52,462 nt of DNA from an uncultured Erysipelotrichales bacterium (GCA_964596105.1 CAZQRT010000002.1:1-52462), one strand, 5' to 3'; positions 10,403 to 21,207 are shown, counted from the first letter of the stretch. Notes: generated by a model from the sequence alone, not told the origin. Numbers and translations: made by a program.

Positions 10403-11683
10403 TTATACGCCCGGTTTGCCCAGAAGCTTGAACATATTTTTCTTGTAGACCTCAACGCCCGGCTGGTTGAACGGGTTCACGCCCAGCATGTATACGGACA
10501 TCGCGCAGGCTTTCTCAAAGAAATATACCATGTAGCCAAATCCGTAGGCATCCATTTTATCCAGCTCGATGACGATATTCGGCACGCCGCCGACATTGGT
10601 GTGGGCGTCGATCGTGCCCTCGCAGGCTTTCTTGTTGACATAATCAACGGTTTTGCCGGCCAGGTAGTTCAGGTTGTCGAGGTTGTCAGGATCCTCAGGG
10701 ACGACGACATCGGTCTGCGGCTCTTTGACGCGAAGCACGGTCTCATAGAGCACTTTGCTGCCTTCCTGAACAAACTGTCCTAACGAGTGCAGGTCGGTTG
10801 TGAAGGTGCCGCTCGTAGGCAGGATACCTTTGTTTTCTTTACCCTCGGATTCTCCAAACAGCTGTTTCCACCATTCCGCGACCATGCCTAACTGCAGCTC
10901 ATAGGTCACAAACATCTCAGCGGCGTAACCCTGATTGTTTAAAATGTGGCGGGCCACCGCGTAACGGTAGCAGTCGTTGGTCATCAGATCATCATTGTCA
11001 TACTCTTTTCTCGCGTCTGCCGCGCCCTGCAGCATGGCTTTGACGTCAATGCCGGCCACAGCGATCGGGAACAGACCGACCGCGGTCAGTACCGAGTAGC
11101 GGCCGCCGATATCATCGGGAATGACAAATGTCTCATAACCGTTGTTGTCTGATAAAACTTTTAACGCGCCGCGGGCTTTATCGGTCGTGGCGATAATGCG
11201 CTCTTTGGCTTTTTCTTTGCCGTAGCGCTTTTCACAGATATCCTTGAAGATCCTGAAGGCGATGGATGTTTCCGTGGTGGTTCCGGACTTGGAAATGCAG
11301 TTGATGGCGAATTCTTTGTCTTCGATATATTTCACCACCTGGGCGATATAGTTCGAAGAGAAAGTATTGCCGACGTAGATGATCTCGACCTTGTTTGTCG
11401 GATAAAGTCCGTTGATGGCTTCAATGGCCGCGCGCGCTCCCAAATAGGAACCGCCGATGCCGCAAACCAGAAGCACATCCACTTCGTTTTGAATTTTATT
11501 CGCGACTTTGATGATGCGCTCCAGCTCTTCTTTGTCATAATCTACCGGCCAGTCCATCCAGCCTAAAAAATCATTGCCCGCACCGGTCTTGTTTTTCAAA
11601 ACCTCATGCAGTTCTTTCACTTTGTCCTGATAGGAAGCGATGTCCTCCTTGAGCAGGGCGTTTTCCAAACTTACTTTGATCAC
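10403..11683 (-). CDS. pgi: glucose-6-phosphate isomerase
   Basis: The Firmicute-type Pgi translation has [24 protein letters not shown] and [11 protein letters not shown] at 11683 sits 8 nt after GAGGAGG. The longer ATG starts at 11713 and 11779 lack an SD. Confidence 0.9.
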   Translation of the reverse strand: MIKVSLENALLKEDIASYQDKVKELHEVLKNKTGAGNDFLGWMDWPVDYDKEELERIIKVANKIQNEVDVLLVCGIGGSYLGARAAIEAINGLYPTNKVEIIYVGNTFSSNYIAQVVKYIEDKEFAINCISKSGTTTETSIAFRIFKDICEKRYGKEKAKERIIATTDKARGALKVLSDNNGYETFVIPDDIGGRYSVLTAVGLFPIAVAGIDVKAMLQGAADARKEYDNDDLMTNDCYRYAVARHILNNQGYAAEMFVTYELQLGMVAEWWKQLFGESEGKENKGILPTSGTFTTDLHSLGQFVQEGSKVLYETVLRVKEPQTDVVVPEDPDNLDNLNYLAGKTVDYVNKKACEGTIDAHTNVGGVPNIVIELDKMDAYGFGYMVYFFEKACAMSVYMLGVNPFNQPGVEVYKKNMFKLLGKPGV

Positions 11684-11741
11684 TGTTTGTTCCTCCTCGT
11701 TTTTTTCTGCCATTGTTTTTGGCCGTCTCTTAGTTGCTTTC

Positions 11742-11771
11742 ATTATATCACCAAAAGCCGGCGGTTGTAAA
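11742..11771 (-). promoter_or_regulatory. pgi promoter (TTTACA-18-TATAAT, TG-extended)
   Basis: The minus strand reads TTTACAACCGCCGGCTTTTGGTGATATAAT. Confidence 0.6.
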
Positions 11772-11853
11772 CAAAGCAATCAACTTCTTATCTTGTTTTC
11801 CGAAACTGCAACCGGTTCCCTTTTGTATTTTAACGATCAAAAATAGTTATCCG

Positions 11854-11882
11854 TGGACAAACCGACCCGGGGCGTGTATAAT
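11854..11882 (+). promoter_or_regulatory. promoter (TGGACA-17-TATAAT) for nfu-mscL
   Basis: TGGACA lies at 11854-11859 and TATAAT at 11877-11882. Confidence 0.6.
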
Positions 11883-11915
11883 GATCTGATGAAAGTGAAG
11901 GGGAGGGAAAAAACA

Positions 11916-12143
11916 GTGAAAAGTACCGAGGATCTGATTATTGAGACGATTGAGAAACTGCGCCGCTATCTTCAGCATGACGGCGGCGACTTGGAATATG
12001 TTGATTTTAAAGACGGCACGGTTTACGTGCACATGCTGGGAGCGTGCGCCGGCTGCGGTTTACTGGATTATACGCTGAAAGACGGCATTGAGCAGATTTT
12101 AATTGAGGAAGTTCCCGGCGTGATGGAGGTCAAGGCGATCTAG
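11916..12143 (+). CDS. NifU-like (Nfu C-terminal domain) Fe-S cluster protein
   Basis: GTG 11916 sits 8 nt after GGGGAGGG. The protein is 75 aa with LRRYLQHDGGDLEYV...GACAGCG (CxxC). The upstream in-frame ATGs overlap the promoter. Confidence 0.8.
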   Translation: MKSTEDLIIETIEKLRRYLQHDGGDLEYVDFKDGTVYVHMLGACAGCGLLDYTLKDGIEQILIEEVPGVMEVKAI

Positions 12144-12152
12144 GAGGACATT

Positions 12153-12590
12153 ATGAAACAGTGGATTAAAGACTTTAAAGCGTTTATCATGCGCGGCAAC
12201 GTGCTGGATATGGCGGTCGGCGTGATTATCGGCGGCGCGTTTGGATCGATTTCCTCAAGTCTGGTCAATGATATCATCATGCCGGCGATCGGTCTCATTT
12301 TAGGCAAGGTCGATTTCAGCGACCTGAAGATCGTTTTACAGCAGCAGACCCTGGCCGCGGACGGCAGCGTGCTGGTGCCGGAAGTGGCGATCCGCTACGG
12401 GATGTTTATCCAGCAGGTCGTGAATTTCCTGATCATCGCTTTCGCGGTGTTCGTCATGATCCGCGCCTTCAACAAGCTGACCAGCCTTCATAAAAAGCCC
12501 GAGGAGCCGGCTGAACCGGAGGTACCGAAAGAGACCGCTGAGGATATTCTCGGCGAGATTCGTGATTTATTAAAGGAGCAGAAGGCCTGA
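12153..12590 (+). CDS. mscL: large-conductance mechanosensitive channel
   Basis: [26 protein letters not shown] is the classic MscL N-terminus. The protein is 145 aa. Confidence 0.9.
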   Translation: MKQWIKDFKAFIMRGNVLDMAVGVIIGGAFGSISSSLVNDIIMPAIGLILGKVDFSDLKIVLQQQTLAADGSVLVPEVAIRYGMFIQQVVNFLIIAFAVFVMIRAFNKLTSLHKKPEEPAEPEVPKETAEDILGEIRDLLKEQKA

Positions 12591-12604
12591 GCGGCCTTTT
12601 TTTA
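12582..12604 (+). terminator. rho-independent terminator
   Basis: The hairpin AAGGCC-TGAGC-GGCCTT is followed by a T7 run. Confidence 0.6.
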
Positions 12605-12608
12605 AAAC

Positions 12609-12980
12609 ATGAAAACGTACTGTGATCTTTCTAAAAATATCACCGGTCATGAAGCGAAACCGGGAACTTTCTGGTACCGCGCCGTCCTGTTTATTACAGA
12701 CGGCCAGGGTTTGATCTCTCAACCGCTGATCGTGGAATATCAAAAGGATCAGACTTTCGCGCAAATCATCATGGCACAAAACCAGTTTGACAGCGGGAAA
12801 CTGTCATATCTAGGCACCGCGTATACCGCCGCCACGATCAGCGAGGTTTATCTGTATCACGATGCGGATACCGGTTTAAAAAGCGTTCCATTCGCTGAGA
12901 TGATCGCTCACAAAGCGGAGTTTACCGATGATCTCTGGCAGGTCTATACCCAGTTTGAACCGTTTTTGCGCGCGTTTTAA
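12609..12980 (+). CDS. hypothetical protein (doubtful CDS)
   Basis: This is a 123-aa ORF with protein-like composition. It has no SD, begins 5 nt after the mscL terminator T-run, and I recognise no motif. Confidence 0.35.
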   Translation: MKTYCDLSKNITGHEAKPGTFWYRAVLFITDGQGLISQPLIVEYQKDQTFAQIIMAQNQFDSGKLSYLGTAYTAATISEVYLYHDADTGLKSVPFAEMIAHKAEFTDDLWQVYTQFEPFLRAF

Positions 12981-12991
12981 TGCGATTGTAA

Positions 12992-13020
12992 TTGCCTTGA
13001 GGCGCCCGGTCTGTTATAAT
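12992..13020 (+). promoter_or_regulatory. promoter of the S-box/metK transcript (TTGCCT-17-TGtTATAAT)
   Basis: TTGCCT lies at 12992-12997 and an extended -10 at 13012-13020. Confidence 0.7.
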
Positions 13021-13045
13021 GCCCCTTGTCAAATAAAATATCCAT

Positions 13046-13197
13046 TTCTCTTATTTCGAATCTGCGTAGATGAGGATCCATGACGCAGTGGCAACCCTTA
13101 TAAAAATAAGAAGGTGCCTTACCGAGCAAGAGTTTCTTGAACAATAAGGGAAAGCAAGGAGTACCATGCTTTCTTTTATAGAAAGCAGTTTTTTTTT
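13046..13197 (+). promoter_or_regulatory. SAM-I (S-box) riboswitch with intrinsic terminator/antiterminator
   Basis: P1 pairs CTCTTATT (13048-55) with AATAAGGG (13143-50). The conserved GGCAACC-P3-GGTGCC core and a P4 hairpin CAAGAGTTTCTTG are present. The terminator is TGCTTTC-N7-GAAAGCA plus T9 (13167-13197). The competing antiterminator strand GAAAGCA (13150-56) overlaps the P1 3' strand. The element lies directly upstream of metK. Confidence 0.8.
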
Positions 13198-13217
13198 GAG
13201 CGCGAGGAGGAGTTATA

Positions 13218-14354
13218 TTGTATAAAAATTTATTTACATCAGAATCGGTCGGGGAGGGGCATCCTGATAAAGTATGCGACCGCATTTCCGACGCGATTCT
13301 TGACGCCTGTCTGGCCGGGGATCCATACAGCCGCGTGGCCTGCGAGGTTTTCGCCACCACGAACCTGGTGATCATCGGCGGGGAAATCACCACCGCGGCG
13401 TTGATTGATTATGAACAGGTGGCCCGGCAGGCGATCCGTGACATCGGCTACAAAAGTGATGAGGAAGGTCTGGATGCCGACCACTGCGAGATCAGAGTGG
13501 TGCTTGACCAGCAGTCGCCTGATATCGCCCGGGGCACCAACCGCGAAGTCGGCGGGGCCGGGGATCAGGGCATCATGTTCGGGTACGCGACAAGCGAGAC
13601 GAAAAATTACATGCCGCTGGCGATCGCGATCGCGCACCGTCTGATGCTTCTGGCCGGTCAGAAAAGAAAAAACGGCAGTTTTCCCTATTCCCGCCCGGAC
13701 ATGAAATCCCAGGTGACCATAGACTACACGGGCAAGCCGCGCATCGACACGATTCTCATGTCCTGCCAGCATGATCCCGATTATGACGAGAAAGTTTTCA
13801 AGGACTTTATTCATCATGAAATCATGGATGAGGTCGTCAGGGAATTCGGCCTGAATACCGACTATAAAGTACTGATCAATCCGACGGGACGGTTTGTGAT
13901 CGGCGGCCCGCACGGCGATACCGGCCTGACGGGAAGAAAAATCATCGTGGACACTTACGGCGGTTATGCCCGGCACGGCGGCGGGGCTTTCTCCGGGAAG
14001 GATCCCAGCAAGGTGGACCGCTCCGCGGCGTATATGGCGCGCTATATCGCGAAAAATATTGTCGCGGCCGGCCTCGCGGACAAACTGGAAATCCAGCTGT
14101 CCTACGCGATCGGGGTGGCCGAGCCGACCAGCGTCCATGTCGAAACCTTCGGCACCGAGCACATTCCCGTCGCGAATATCCTTGACATCATCTTAAAAAA
14201 CTTCGATCTGACGCCTAACGGCATCATCACCGCTTTAAATCTGTTAAGGCCGATCTACACGCCGACCTCGGCCTACGGGCATTTCGGCCGCGACGATATC
14301 GATCTGCCCTGGGAGAGACTGGATATGACAGAGAAAATCAAGGCAAGGTTGTAA
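13218..14354 (+). CDS. metK: S-adenosylmethionine synthetase
   Basis: The TTG start at 13218 sits 6 nt after GAGGAGGAG. The translation has [28 protein letters not shown] and GGGAFSGKD. Confidence 0.95.
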   Translation: MYKNLFTSESVGEGHPDKVCDRISDAILDACLAGDPYSRVACEVFATTNLVIIGGEITTAALIDYEQVARQAIRDIGYKSDEEGLDADHCEIRVVLDQQSPDIARGTNREVGGAGDQGIMFGYATSETKNYMPLAIAIAHRLMLLAGQKRKNGSFPYSRPDMKSQVTIDYTGKPRIDTILMSCQHDPDYDEKVFKDFIHHEIMDEVVREFGLNTDYKVLINPTGRFVIGGPHGDTGLTGRKIIVDTYGGYARHGGGAFSGKDPSKVDRSAAYMARYIAKNIVAAGLADKLEIQLSYAIGVAEPTSVHVETFGTEHIPVANILDIILKNFDLTPNGIITALNLLRPIYTPTSAYGHFGRDDIDLPWERLDMTEKIKARL

Positions 14355-14397
14355 TAGGCCAGCGAAATGGGATTCTATTTGACAAATAACTGATGCG

Positions 14398-14429
14398 GAC
14401 CGCCGAAAAATATTTGCTTTCCGGCGGTC
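14398..14429 (+). terminator. possible metK terminator hairpin (weak U-tract)
   Basis: An 8-bp GC stem GACCGCCG/CGGCGGTC has a 16-nt loop. Only TT follows it, and the loop contains the -35 of the rplS promoter. Confidence 0.35.
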
Positions 14430-14442
14430 TTGATGCTATAAT
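14414..14442 (+). promoter_or_regulatory. rplS promoter (TTGCTT-17-TGcTATAAT)
   Basis: The -35 lies at 14414-19 and the extended -10 at 14434-42. Confidence 0.65.
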
Positions 14443-14530
14443 GGGCAAGTCAGATATTGACGCAGAAGTTCCGCTGGGGCACGGCCCGTATGAACTTTCC
14501 AGAAAAGATTTGTTTAAAAGGAGAAGAAAG

Positions 14531-14881
14531 ATGAACTTACAAATTGTGGAAGACATTACCAAAAAGCAGCTGCGCCACGATATCCCGGAGTTCCGTCCCG
14601 GCGATACTTTAAGGGTGTACGTAAAGATTCAGGAAGGCGACAAAAGCCGTATTCAGATGTTCGAGGGCGTTTGCATCGCCCGCAAAGGTCACGGCATTTC
14701 GGAGACCTTCACGGTGAGAAAGATCTCTTATCAGGTGGGAGTCGAAAGGACTTTCCCGGTTCATTCCCCGATCATCGACCATATCGCGGTCGTCCGTTAC
14801 GGCAAGGTGCGCCGTGCCAAACTGCATTACCTGCGCGGCTTAACCGGCAGAGCGGCCCGCATCAAAGAATTAAGAAAGTAG
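14531..14881 (+). CDS. rplS: 50S ribosomal protein L19
   Basis: ATG 14531 follows [19 protein letters not shown]...FRPGDTLRV...RIQMFEGV matches L19. The protein is 116 aa. Confidence 0.95.
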   Translation: MNLQIVEDITKKQLRHDIPEFRPGDTLRVYVKIQEGDKSRIQMFEGVCIARKGHGISETFTVRKISYQVGVERTFPVHSPIIDHIAVVRYGKVRRAKLHYLRGLTGRAARIKELRK

Positions 14882-14883
14882 TG

Positions 14884-14910
14884 AAAAGCGGCTCGTCCGC
14901 TTTTTGTTTG
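14884..14910 (+). terminator. rho-independent terminator
   Basis: The hairpin AAAAGCGG-CTCGT-CCGCTTTT carries a T-run. Confidence 0.7.
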
Positions 14911-14956
14911 CTGAAAAAAATGTTTTATGATATGATTGACAAAGAGGTGAGCAAGC

Positions 14957-15514
14957 ATGAGCGCAACGGCAAAAGAATGGATCAAAAATATTGGCGAGTT
15001 AGTACTGGTCGCGATCCTCACTTATCTGATTTTTACCTATATAGTCAAACCCGTCAGCATTGAGGGCCACAGCATGATGCCCAGTATCAACGATGCTGAT
15101 TTAGCCATAGTTGATACCATCGGTTTAAGGCAAAACGGCGTGAAACGCTTCGATGTCGTCATCATTGACTGCGACCGCCTGCAGGAACGCCTGATTAAAC
15201 GCGTCATCGGTTTACCGAACGAAACCATTGAATACAAAAACGACCGGCTCTATGTGGACGGCCGGTACATCGCGGAGCCATTCCTCGATAAACAGTATAT
15301 GAAAGACACCATCGCCGAAAGCGGCCTGACCCGCTTCACGAGCGATTTCAAAATCACCTTGAAAGACAATGAATACTTTGTCATGGGTGACAACCGCCCT
15401 CATTCCGAAGACTCGCGGGCGGTAGGCACCTTCGGGAGAGAAGATTTTATCGGCAAAAACGGCTTTATCATCTTTCCCTTCAGCCATTTTGGATATTTAA
15501 ATCAACAGCAGTAA
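14957..15514 (+). CDS. lepB: signal peptidase I
   Basis: The translation has GHSMMPS (catalytic Ser), RLIKRVIGLP (Lys) and GDNRPHSEDSR. Confidence 0.9.
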   Translation: MSATAKEWIKNIGELVLVAILTYLIFTYIVKPVSIEGHSMMPSINDADLAIVDTIGLRQNGVKRFDVVIIDCDRLQERLIKRVIGLPNETIEYKNDRLYVDGRYIAEPFLDKQYMKDTIAESGLTRFTSDFKITLKDNEYFVMGDNRPHSEDSRAVGTFGREDFIGKNGFIIFPFSHFGYLNQQQ

Positions 15515-15537
15515 GGAAGCCCGGCTTCCTTTTTTTC
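15514..15537 (+). terminator. rho-independent terminator
   Basis: The hairpin GGAAGC-CCG-GCTTCC is followed by T8. Confidence 0.7.
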
Positions 15538-15549
15538 AGGAGTCAGACA

Positions 15550-16374
15550 ATGAACAGCATCAACTGGTACCCCGGACACATGGCCAAAGCCAGCCGGGAA
15601 ATTGAAAACCGCATCAAAATGGTGGATCTGTTGATCGAGATTCGCGACGCCCGGGCTCCGCTGGCCACCGGCAATCCCTTTATCTCAAGCCTGACCGCCA
15701 AGCCGAAAATCATCCTGCTGGCCAAAGCGGATCTCGCCGACCCTAAAATCACGAAAATATATACCGCGAAACTGCAAGCCGATCACACCCGGGTGTTCAG
15801 CGCCGACCTCACCCGCTTTCAAGGCAAAAAGGAACTGACGCATAGCGCCCTGGAACTGTTGAAAGAGAAACGGGAAAAAGAGATCGCGAAAGGGCTGAAA
15901 CCGCGCCCGGTGCGGGCTTTGATTGTCGGCATTCCCAATGCCGGCAAATCCACCCTGATCAACCGCCTGGCAAACCGCAAAGCCGCCCGGACCGGGGATA
16001 CCCCGGGAGTGACGCGCGCCCAGCAGATCATCAAAGTCGGAAACGATTTTGAGCTGTTTGACACGCCGGGCATCCTGTGGCCGAAACTGGAAAGGGTTGA
16101 TTATTCTTATCAGCTCGCCCTGATCGGGGCCATCAAGGAAACCATCATCCCGCTGGAGGATGTTTTTTCCTATGCCCTGCGTTATTTAGGCGAGCATTAT
16201 CCCTCCCTGATAAAAGCGCGCTATCCGTTTGCGACCGATGATATTGCCTTTTGTGAAGCGTACGCGAAGGCTAAACACTATCCCGGGGAAGTCGATTATA
16301 CCCGCGTCATGACGGAAGTCTTTCATGATATCCGCGCAGGAAGAATCGGGCGGGTGAGCTGGGAATATGAATGA
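15550..16374 (+). CDS. rbgA: ribosome biogenesis GTPase A (YlqF)
   Basis: The translation has WYPGHMAKA and circularly permuted GTPase motifs (LAKADL ... GIPNAGKST ... DTPG). Confidence 0.9.
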   Translation: MNSINWYPGHMAKASREIENRIKMVDLLIEIRDARAPLATGNPFISSLTAKPKIILLAKADLADPKITKIYTAKLQADHTRVFSADLTRFQGKKELTHSALELLKEKREKEIAKGLKPRPVRALIVGIPNAGKSTLINRLANRKAARTGDTPGVTRAQQIIKVGNDFELFDTPGILWPKLERVDYSYQLALIGAIKETIIPLEDVFSYALRYLGEHYPSLIKARYPFATDDIAFCEAYAKAKHYPGEVDYTRVMTEVFHDIRAGRIGRVSWEYE

Positions 16375-16981
16375 ATATGAAAACAGCGCCTATGAGAAAG
16401 GCTTTCGCTATGTCTGCGGCACCGATGAAGCCGGGCGCGGACCGCTGGCCGGACCGGTCGTGGCCGCGGCGGTCATGTTTCCAAGAGACTATCATGACGA
16501 GCGGATCGACGACTCGAAAAAGCTGAGCCCGAAAAAGCGCGAACTGCTGGCCAAAGAGATCATGGCTAAAGCCATCTCGTGGCAGGTGGCGGTCGTGGAC
16601 GCCGGGACGATCGACAAGATCAATATCTACGAAGCGAGCCGCCTGGCGATGACGAAGGCCGTGTTAAGCCTGGATCCTTCGCCGGATTTTATCCTGACCG
16701 ACGCCATGCCCTTAAACGTGGATATCGCGCATCTGGCCATCATCAAAGGCGATCAGAAATCCATCTCCATCGCCGCCGCCAGCATCCTCGCCAAGGTGTG
16801 CCGCGACCATCTCATGATGATCTATGACCATATGTATCCGCAATATGAATTCGCCCGTCATAAAGGCTATCCCACCAAAAGACATCTCGAACTACTGGAA
16901 AAATACGGACCCTGCCCGATTCACCGCCGCAGCTACCGCCCGGTCGCGCAGCTTACCTTTGACTTTTCAAGACATCAGTAA
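16367..16981 (+). CDS. rnhB: ribonuclease HII
   Basis: The translation has GTDEAGRGPLAGPVVAAAV and SKKLS. It overlaps rbgA by 8 nt. Confidence 0.9.
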   Translation: MNEYENSAYEKGFRYVCGTDEAGRGPLAGPVVAAAVMFPRDYHDERIDDSKKLSPKKRELLAKEIMAKAISWQVAVVDAGTIDKINIYEASRLAMTKAVLSLDPSPDFILTDAMPLNVDIAHLAIIKGDQKSISIAAASILAKVCRDHLMMIYDHMYPQYEFARHKGYPTKRHLELLEKYGPCPIHRRSYRPVAQLTFDFSRHQ

Positions 16982-17015
16982 GATATCCCGCCATAATAAT
17001 AGGGAGGGATCTGTC

Positions 17016-17783
17016 ATGAGAGAGCGGCTAATCTATTTCAGTGTCATTTATCAGGGCGATTACAATAAAATCACAAAAGCCATTTCGCGGGATGTCATTC
17101 CTGATGAAAAGGCGGTCCGGCAGTGTTTAAGCGGGCTAGAGGAAAAGTGCGTGACCATTCTTGATGAGGATTACCCGCTGATGCTGAGAACCATTCAAAA
17201 TCCCCCGTATGTGCTTTATTACCGCGGGCGTCTGGCCTGGACGACATATCCCGGGCTGGCGGTCGTGGGAGCCCGTAACGTCACCGCCTACGGCAAAGCA
17301 TGCGCGGCTTACTTCGCCCGGGAACTTTCCCGGCATTTTGTCATCGTCAGCGGGATGGCGAAAGGGGTGGACGGCATCGCCCACCGCAACGCCCGCCGCA
17401 CCATCGCCGTTTTAGGATCCGGCATCGATGTCGTTTATCCGGCCTGCCATCAGGAACTTTATGAACATCTCTGCCGTCATCATCTCGTGTGCAGCGAATA
17501 TCCGCCTCATACCAGACCGGCGGCTTATCATTTTCCCTGGCGCAACCGCCTGATCGCCGGTCTCGCGCAAGGGGTAGTGGTCATTGAGGCGGCGAAAAAA
17601 AGCGGAACGATGATCACGGCGGGATATGCCGCCGAGCAGGGCAAAACCGTTTTCGCCGTTCCCGGCCGCATTACCGATCCTGCGGGATGCCTGGAATTAA
17701 TCAGAGACGGCGCCGCCATACTGGCGGATCCGGCGGATGTCTACCGGGAGTTGAACATAAAAAGCATTGACATTGACCTTTAA
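17016..17783 (+). CDS. dprA: DNA-processing protein A (Smf), short form
   Basis: ATG 17016 follows AGGGAGGGA. The Rossmann-like core has VVGARN.T.YG, SGMAKGVDG.AH, GSGIDV.YP and NRLIAG...VVIEA...SG. The gene sits upstream of topA, as in Bacillus. Confidence 0.85.
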   Translation: MRERLIYFSVIYQGDYNKITKAISRDVIPDEKAVRQCLSGLEEKCVTILDEDYPLMLRTIQNPPYVLYYRGRLAWTTYPGLAVVGARNVTAYGKACAAYFARELSRHFVIVSGMAKGVDGIAHRNARRTIAVLGSGIDVVYPACHQELYEHLCRHHLVCSEYPPHTRPAAYHFPWRNRLIAGLAQGVVVIEAAKKSGTMITAGYAAEQGKTVFAVPGRITDPAGCLELIRDGAAILADPADVYRELNIKSIDIDL

Positions 17784-17815
17784 AACCGCTATATATAGAA
17801 AAAAATGAAGGAGGG

Positions 17816-19906
17816 ATGATGATGTCGGGGAAGCTTGTGATTGTCGAATCACCATCTAAATCTAGAACCATCGGGAATTATCTCGGTAAAGATTACCATG
17901 TGACATCAAGCAAAGGACACATCCGCGATCTGGCGACAACGGGAAAAGGCGGCCTGGGCGTGGATATTGAGCACGATTTTAAACCCGTCTACGTCATCAA
18001 TAAAGATAAAAAGGATGTCGTGAAGGCTTTAAAAGAAGATGTGAAAAACGCTGACGAGGTCTATCTGGCTACCGATCCCGATCGTGAGGGAGAAGCGATC
18101 TCCTGGCATCTCGCCGAAGTTCTCGGGCTCGATCCGGCCACGACCCATCGCGTGGTTTTCAATGAAGTGACGAAAAACGCCGTGCGCGCCGCGATCGCCA
18201 GTCCCCGCACGATTGACATGAACCTGGTTCATTCCCAGGAAACGCGCCGCGTACTAGACCGTCTGATCGGATTTCGGCTCTCGCAGCTTTTAAGGACCAA
18301 AATCAAGTCCCGTTCCGCCGGGCGCGTGCAGTCGGTAGCCTTGAAGCTGATCGTGGATAAAGAGCGCGAAATCGCCGCGTTTGTCCCCCAGGAGTACTGG
18401 GAGATCAAAGCCCTGCTGGAAAAAGACGGGATCCGTTTTGAAGCCGAGCTGGACAAGAAAATAAAAATGAAAAACGAGGCCGAGGCTAACGCCATCTATG
18501 AGCGGCTCGGCAAGACGCTGACTTTGACCGATGTCAAAAAAAGCGCGCGCAAACGCGAATCCAAACCGCCGTTCATCACCTCGACCCTGCAGCAGGAAGC
18601 CTCGGGAAAGCTGGGCTTTGCCGCCAAAAAGACGATGATGATCGCCCAGAAGCTGTATGAGGGCGTCGATGTTTCCGACGGTCCGGTCGGTCTGATTACC
18701 TATATGCGTACCGATTCGGTGCGTCTGAGCGAGGACTTTGTCAAAGCGGCCCGGCAGTATATCATTGACAACTACGGCAAACAGTATGTCGGCAGAGTGA
18801 AAAAAGCGCGCAAAACCGAAAATGTGCAGGACGCTCACGAGGCGATCCGCCCGACGGACATCACCCGCACGCCGGATCTTGTCAAACCTTATTTAAGCCG
18901 CGATGAGTACCGCCTGTACGCCATGATTTACGCGCGGGCCCTGGCCAGCCTGATGGCCCCTTGCGGATATGACGCGACGAGTCTGAGCTTTGATGACCAC
19001 GGCTATGTTTTCAAAGCCGCCGGCTCGCAGATGACCTTTGACGGCTATTTAAAAGTCTACGGCCCTTATGAGAAAACCCAGGACACCCCTTTGCCAAAGT
19101 TAGAGACAGGGGAGACGCTGACGGCGGAAAGCATCGACAAAAGCCAGCATTTCACAAAACCGCCGGCCCGTTATACCGAGGCGAAACTCATCAAGGAGCT
19201 CGAGGAATTAGGCATCGGACGGCCGAGCACATACGCCAGCATCATCGATACCATCCAGAGCCGGGATTACGTCGAGCTCGTTGACCGCCAGTTTCACCCG
19301 ACCGAGTCAGGCATGCTGACCAATGACCGCCTGCAGGAGTATTTTTCCAGTATCATCAATGTGGCCTATACCGCCGAGATGGAAAAACAGCTCGATAAAA
19401 TCGCGGAAGGCGAGGATTCTTATGTGCATACCCTGACCGATTTCAATGATAAATTTGAGCCGCTTTTGGAAAATGCCTACGAGAAGATGGAAAAAGTCGA
19501 AGCGAAGAAGACCGGGGAGATCTGTCCGCTGTGCGGTCACGAGCTGGTGGAAAGAAAAGGCCGCTACGGCACGTTTGTCGCCTGCTCGAATTACCCGGCC
19601 TGCAAATACATCAAAAAGGAACCCCAGCAGCTGGAGGAAACCGGCGAGCTGTGCCCGAAATGCGGCAGTCCGATGGTGAAACGTTTTGGCAAATACGGGC
19701 CGTTTGAGGCCTGTTCCAATTATCCGGACTGCAAGTATATTAAGCCTAAAGAGAAAACAAAGACCGCGGCCAAGGTCGTGGAGGGGATGACCTGTCCGAA
19801 CTGCGGCGGCCCGGTGGTGGAAAGAAAAGGACGTTTCGGACCGTTTCTGGCTTGCGCGAATTACCCGAAGTGTAAAACAGTATTAGGAAAACCAGACAGT
19901 CAGTGA
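17816..19906 (+). CDS. topA: DNA topoisomerase I
   Basis: The Toprim N-terminus is LVIVESPSK. The active-site region is ITYMRTDS. Three C-terminal CxxC...CxxxxC zinc ribbons are present. Three consecutive ATGs occur at 17816-17824, and the third has the best SD spacing. Confidence 0.95.
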   Translation: MMMSGKLVIVESPSKSRTIGNYLGKDYHVTSSKGHIRDLATTGKGGLGVDIEHDFKPVYVINKDKKDVVKALKEDVKNADEVYLATDPDREGEAISWHLAEVLGLDPATTHRVVFNEVTKNAVRAAIASPRTIDMNLVHSQETRRVLDRLIGFRLSQLLRTKIKSRSAGRVQSVALKLIVDKEREIAAFVPQEYWEIKALLEKDGIRFEAELDKKIKMKNEAEANAIYERLGKTLTLTDVKKSARKRESKPPFITSTLQQEASGKLGFAAKKTMMIAQKLYEGVDVSDGPVGLITYMRTDSVRLSEDFVKAARQYIIDNYGKQYVGRVKKARKTENVQDAHEAIRPTDITRTPDLVKPYLSRDEYRLYAMIYARALASLMAPCGYDATSLSFDDHGYVFKAAGSQMTFDGYLKVYGPYEKTQDTPLPKLETGETLTAESIDKSQHFTKPPARYTEAKLIKELEELGIGRPSTYASIIDTIQSRDYVELVDRQFHPTESGMLTNDRLQEYFSSIINVAYTAEMEKQLDKIAEGEDSYVHTLTDFNDKFEPLLENAYEKMEKVEAKKTGEICPLCGHELVERKGRYGTFVACSNYPACKYIKKEPQQLEETGELCPKCGSPMVKRFGKYGPFEACSNYPDCKYIKPKEKTKTAAKVVEGMTCPNCGGPVVERKGRFGPFLACANYPKCKTVLGKPDSQ

Positions 19907-21207
19907 TGAAAATGAAAGAGATCACGATTATCGGCGCGGGCCTGGCCGGAAGTGAAGCGGCCTGGCAGCTGGCGCGCCGCCATATTCCCGTCCGCCTTTA
20001 TGAGATGCGGCCGGGCAAAAAGACCCCCGCCCATCACACCGGATATTTTTCGGAACTGGTCTGCTCAAATTCGCTAAGGGCGACGGGGCTGGAAAACGCG
20101 GTCGGCGTCTTAAAGGAAGAGCTGGCCTTGTGGGACAGTCTCATCATATCCGAGGCGAAAAAGCACGCCGTTCTGGCCGGGAACAGCCTGGCGGTTGACC
20201 GCGAAGGCTTCGCCAGGGGTGTCAGTGCGGCTTTGCGGAAGCATCCTGATATTACCATCATACAAGAAGAAGTGTCAAAAATCCCGCCGGGACCGGCGAT
20301 CATCGCGACCGGACCGCTGACCAGCGATTCATTGCATACCGCTATCGCGGATATCACAGCCGATGATGATTTGTATTTTTACGATGCCGCGGCTCCGATT
20401 ATCACAAAAGAAAGCATCGATTTCTCCAAAGCGTACTATAAATCGCGCTATGACAAAGGCGACGGGGAATATATCAACTGTCCCTTGACGGAAGATGAGT
20501 TTGAGCGGTTTTATGAGGCTGTCATTCATGCTGAGACCGTTACGCCGAAAGATTTTGAGGAGCGCTTTTTTGAAGGCTGCATGCCTTTTGAAGTGATGGC
20601 CGCGCGCGGTGAAAAGACACTTTTGTTCGGACCGATGAAACCGGTCGGGCTGGAAAAAGACGGCGTCCGCCCTTACGCGGTCGTGCAGCTGCGCCAGGAT
20701 AACGCGGAAGGCACCCTCTACAACATCGTCGGCTTTCAAACCCGTTTAACCTGGCCGGAGCAGAAAAGAGTCATCCGCATGATTCCCGGGCTGGAGCATG
20801 CCGGGTTTGTGCGCTACGGCGTCATGCACCGCAATACGTATCTCAACGCCCCGCGGCTGTTGAATGCCTGCCAGCAGTTTAAAGACCGCGACGACTTGTT
20901 TTTCGCCGGGCAGATGACCGGCGTCGAGGGTTATGTCGAGTCGTGCGCCTCGGGACTCATGGCGGCGGTTCATATCGCCCATTACATCAACGAAGAGACG
21001 CTTTTGCCGTTTCCGGAAACGACGGTGATGGGGGCGCTCGATCATTATATCACCACGGCGAACGCCGAAGGCTTTCAGCCGATGAAGGCCAATTTCGGGA
21101 TTTTGCCGCCGTTAACTGTTCAGCACAAGAAAAAGGACCGTAAAATGCTTTACGCCCGGCGCGCGTTGGAAGACGCCGGGGCTTTTCGGGAGATTTATCA
21201 TGCGTGA
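19906..21207 (+). CDS. trmFO: methylenetetrahydrofolate--tRNA-(uracil54-C5)-methyltransferase
   Basis: The translation has [16 protein letters not shown], the TrmFO/Gid family N-terminus. The start is ambiguous (GTG 19903, ATG 19906 or ATG 19912). Confidence 0.9.
   Translation: MKMKEITIIGAGLAGSEAAWQLARRHIPVRLYEMRPGKKTPAHHTGYFSELVCSNSLRATGLENAVGVLKEELALWDSLIISEAKKHAVLAGNSLAVDREGFARGVSAALRKHPDITIIQEEVSKIPPGPAIIATGPLTSDSLHTAIADITADDDLYFYDAAAPIITKESIDFSKAYYKSRYDKGDGEYINCPLTEDEFERFYEAVIHAETVTPKDFEERFFEGCMPFEVMAARGEKTLLFGPMKPVGLEKDGVRPYAVVQLRQDNAEGTLYNIVGFQTRLTWPEQKRVIRMIPGLEHAGFVRYGVMHRNTYLNAPRLLNACQQFKDRDDLFFAGQMTGVEGYVESCASGLMAAVHIAHYINEETLLPFPETTVMGALDHYITTANAEGFQPMKANFGILPPLTVQHKKKDRKMLYARRALEDAGAFREIYHA

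Noticed and set aside
12977-13393. A 138-aa minus-strand ORF spans the metK leader.
   Set aside because: It covers the S-box riboswitch, its promoter and the metK 5' end, so it is incompatible with those much better supported features.
13239-14162. A 307-aa minus-strand ORF lies opposite metK.
   Set aside because: metK is unambiguous on the plus strand, so this is a typical GC3-driven antisense open frame.
14393-14530. The track ORF 14393..14881 implies an N-terminal extension of L19.
   Set aside because: The extension overlaps the rplS promoter and leader. The canonical L19 N-terminus MNLQIVEDI begins at ATG 14531 with a good SD.
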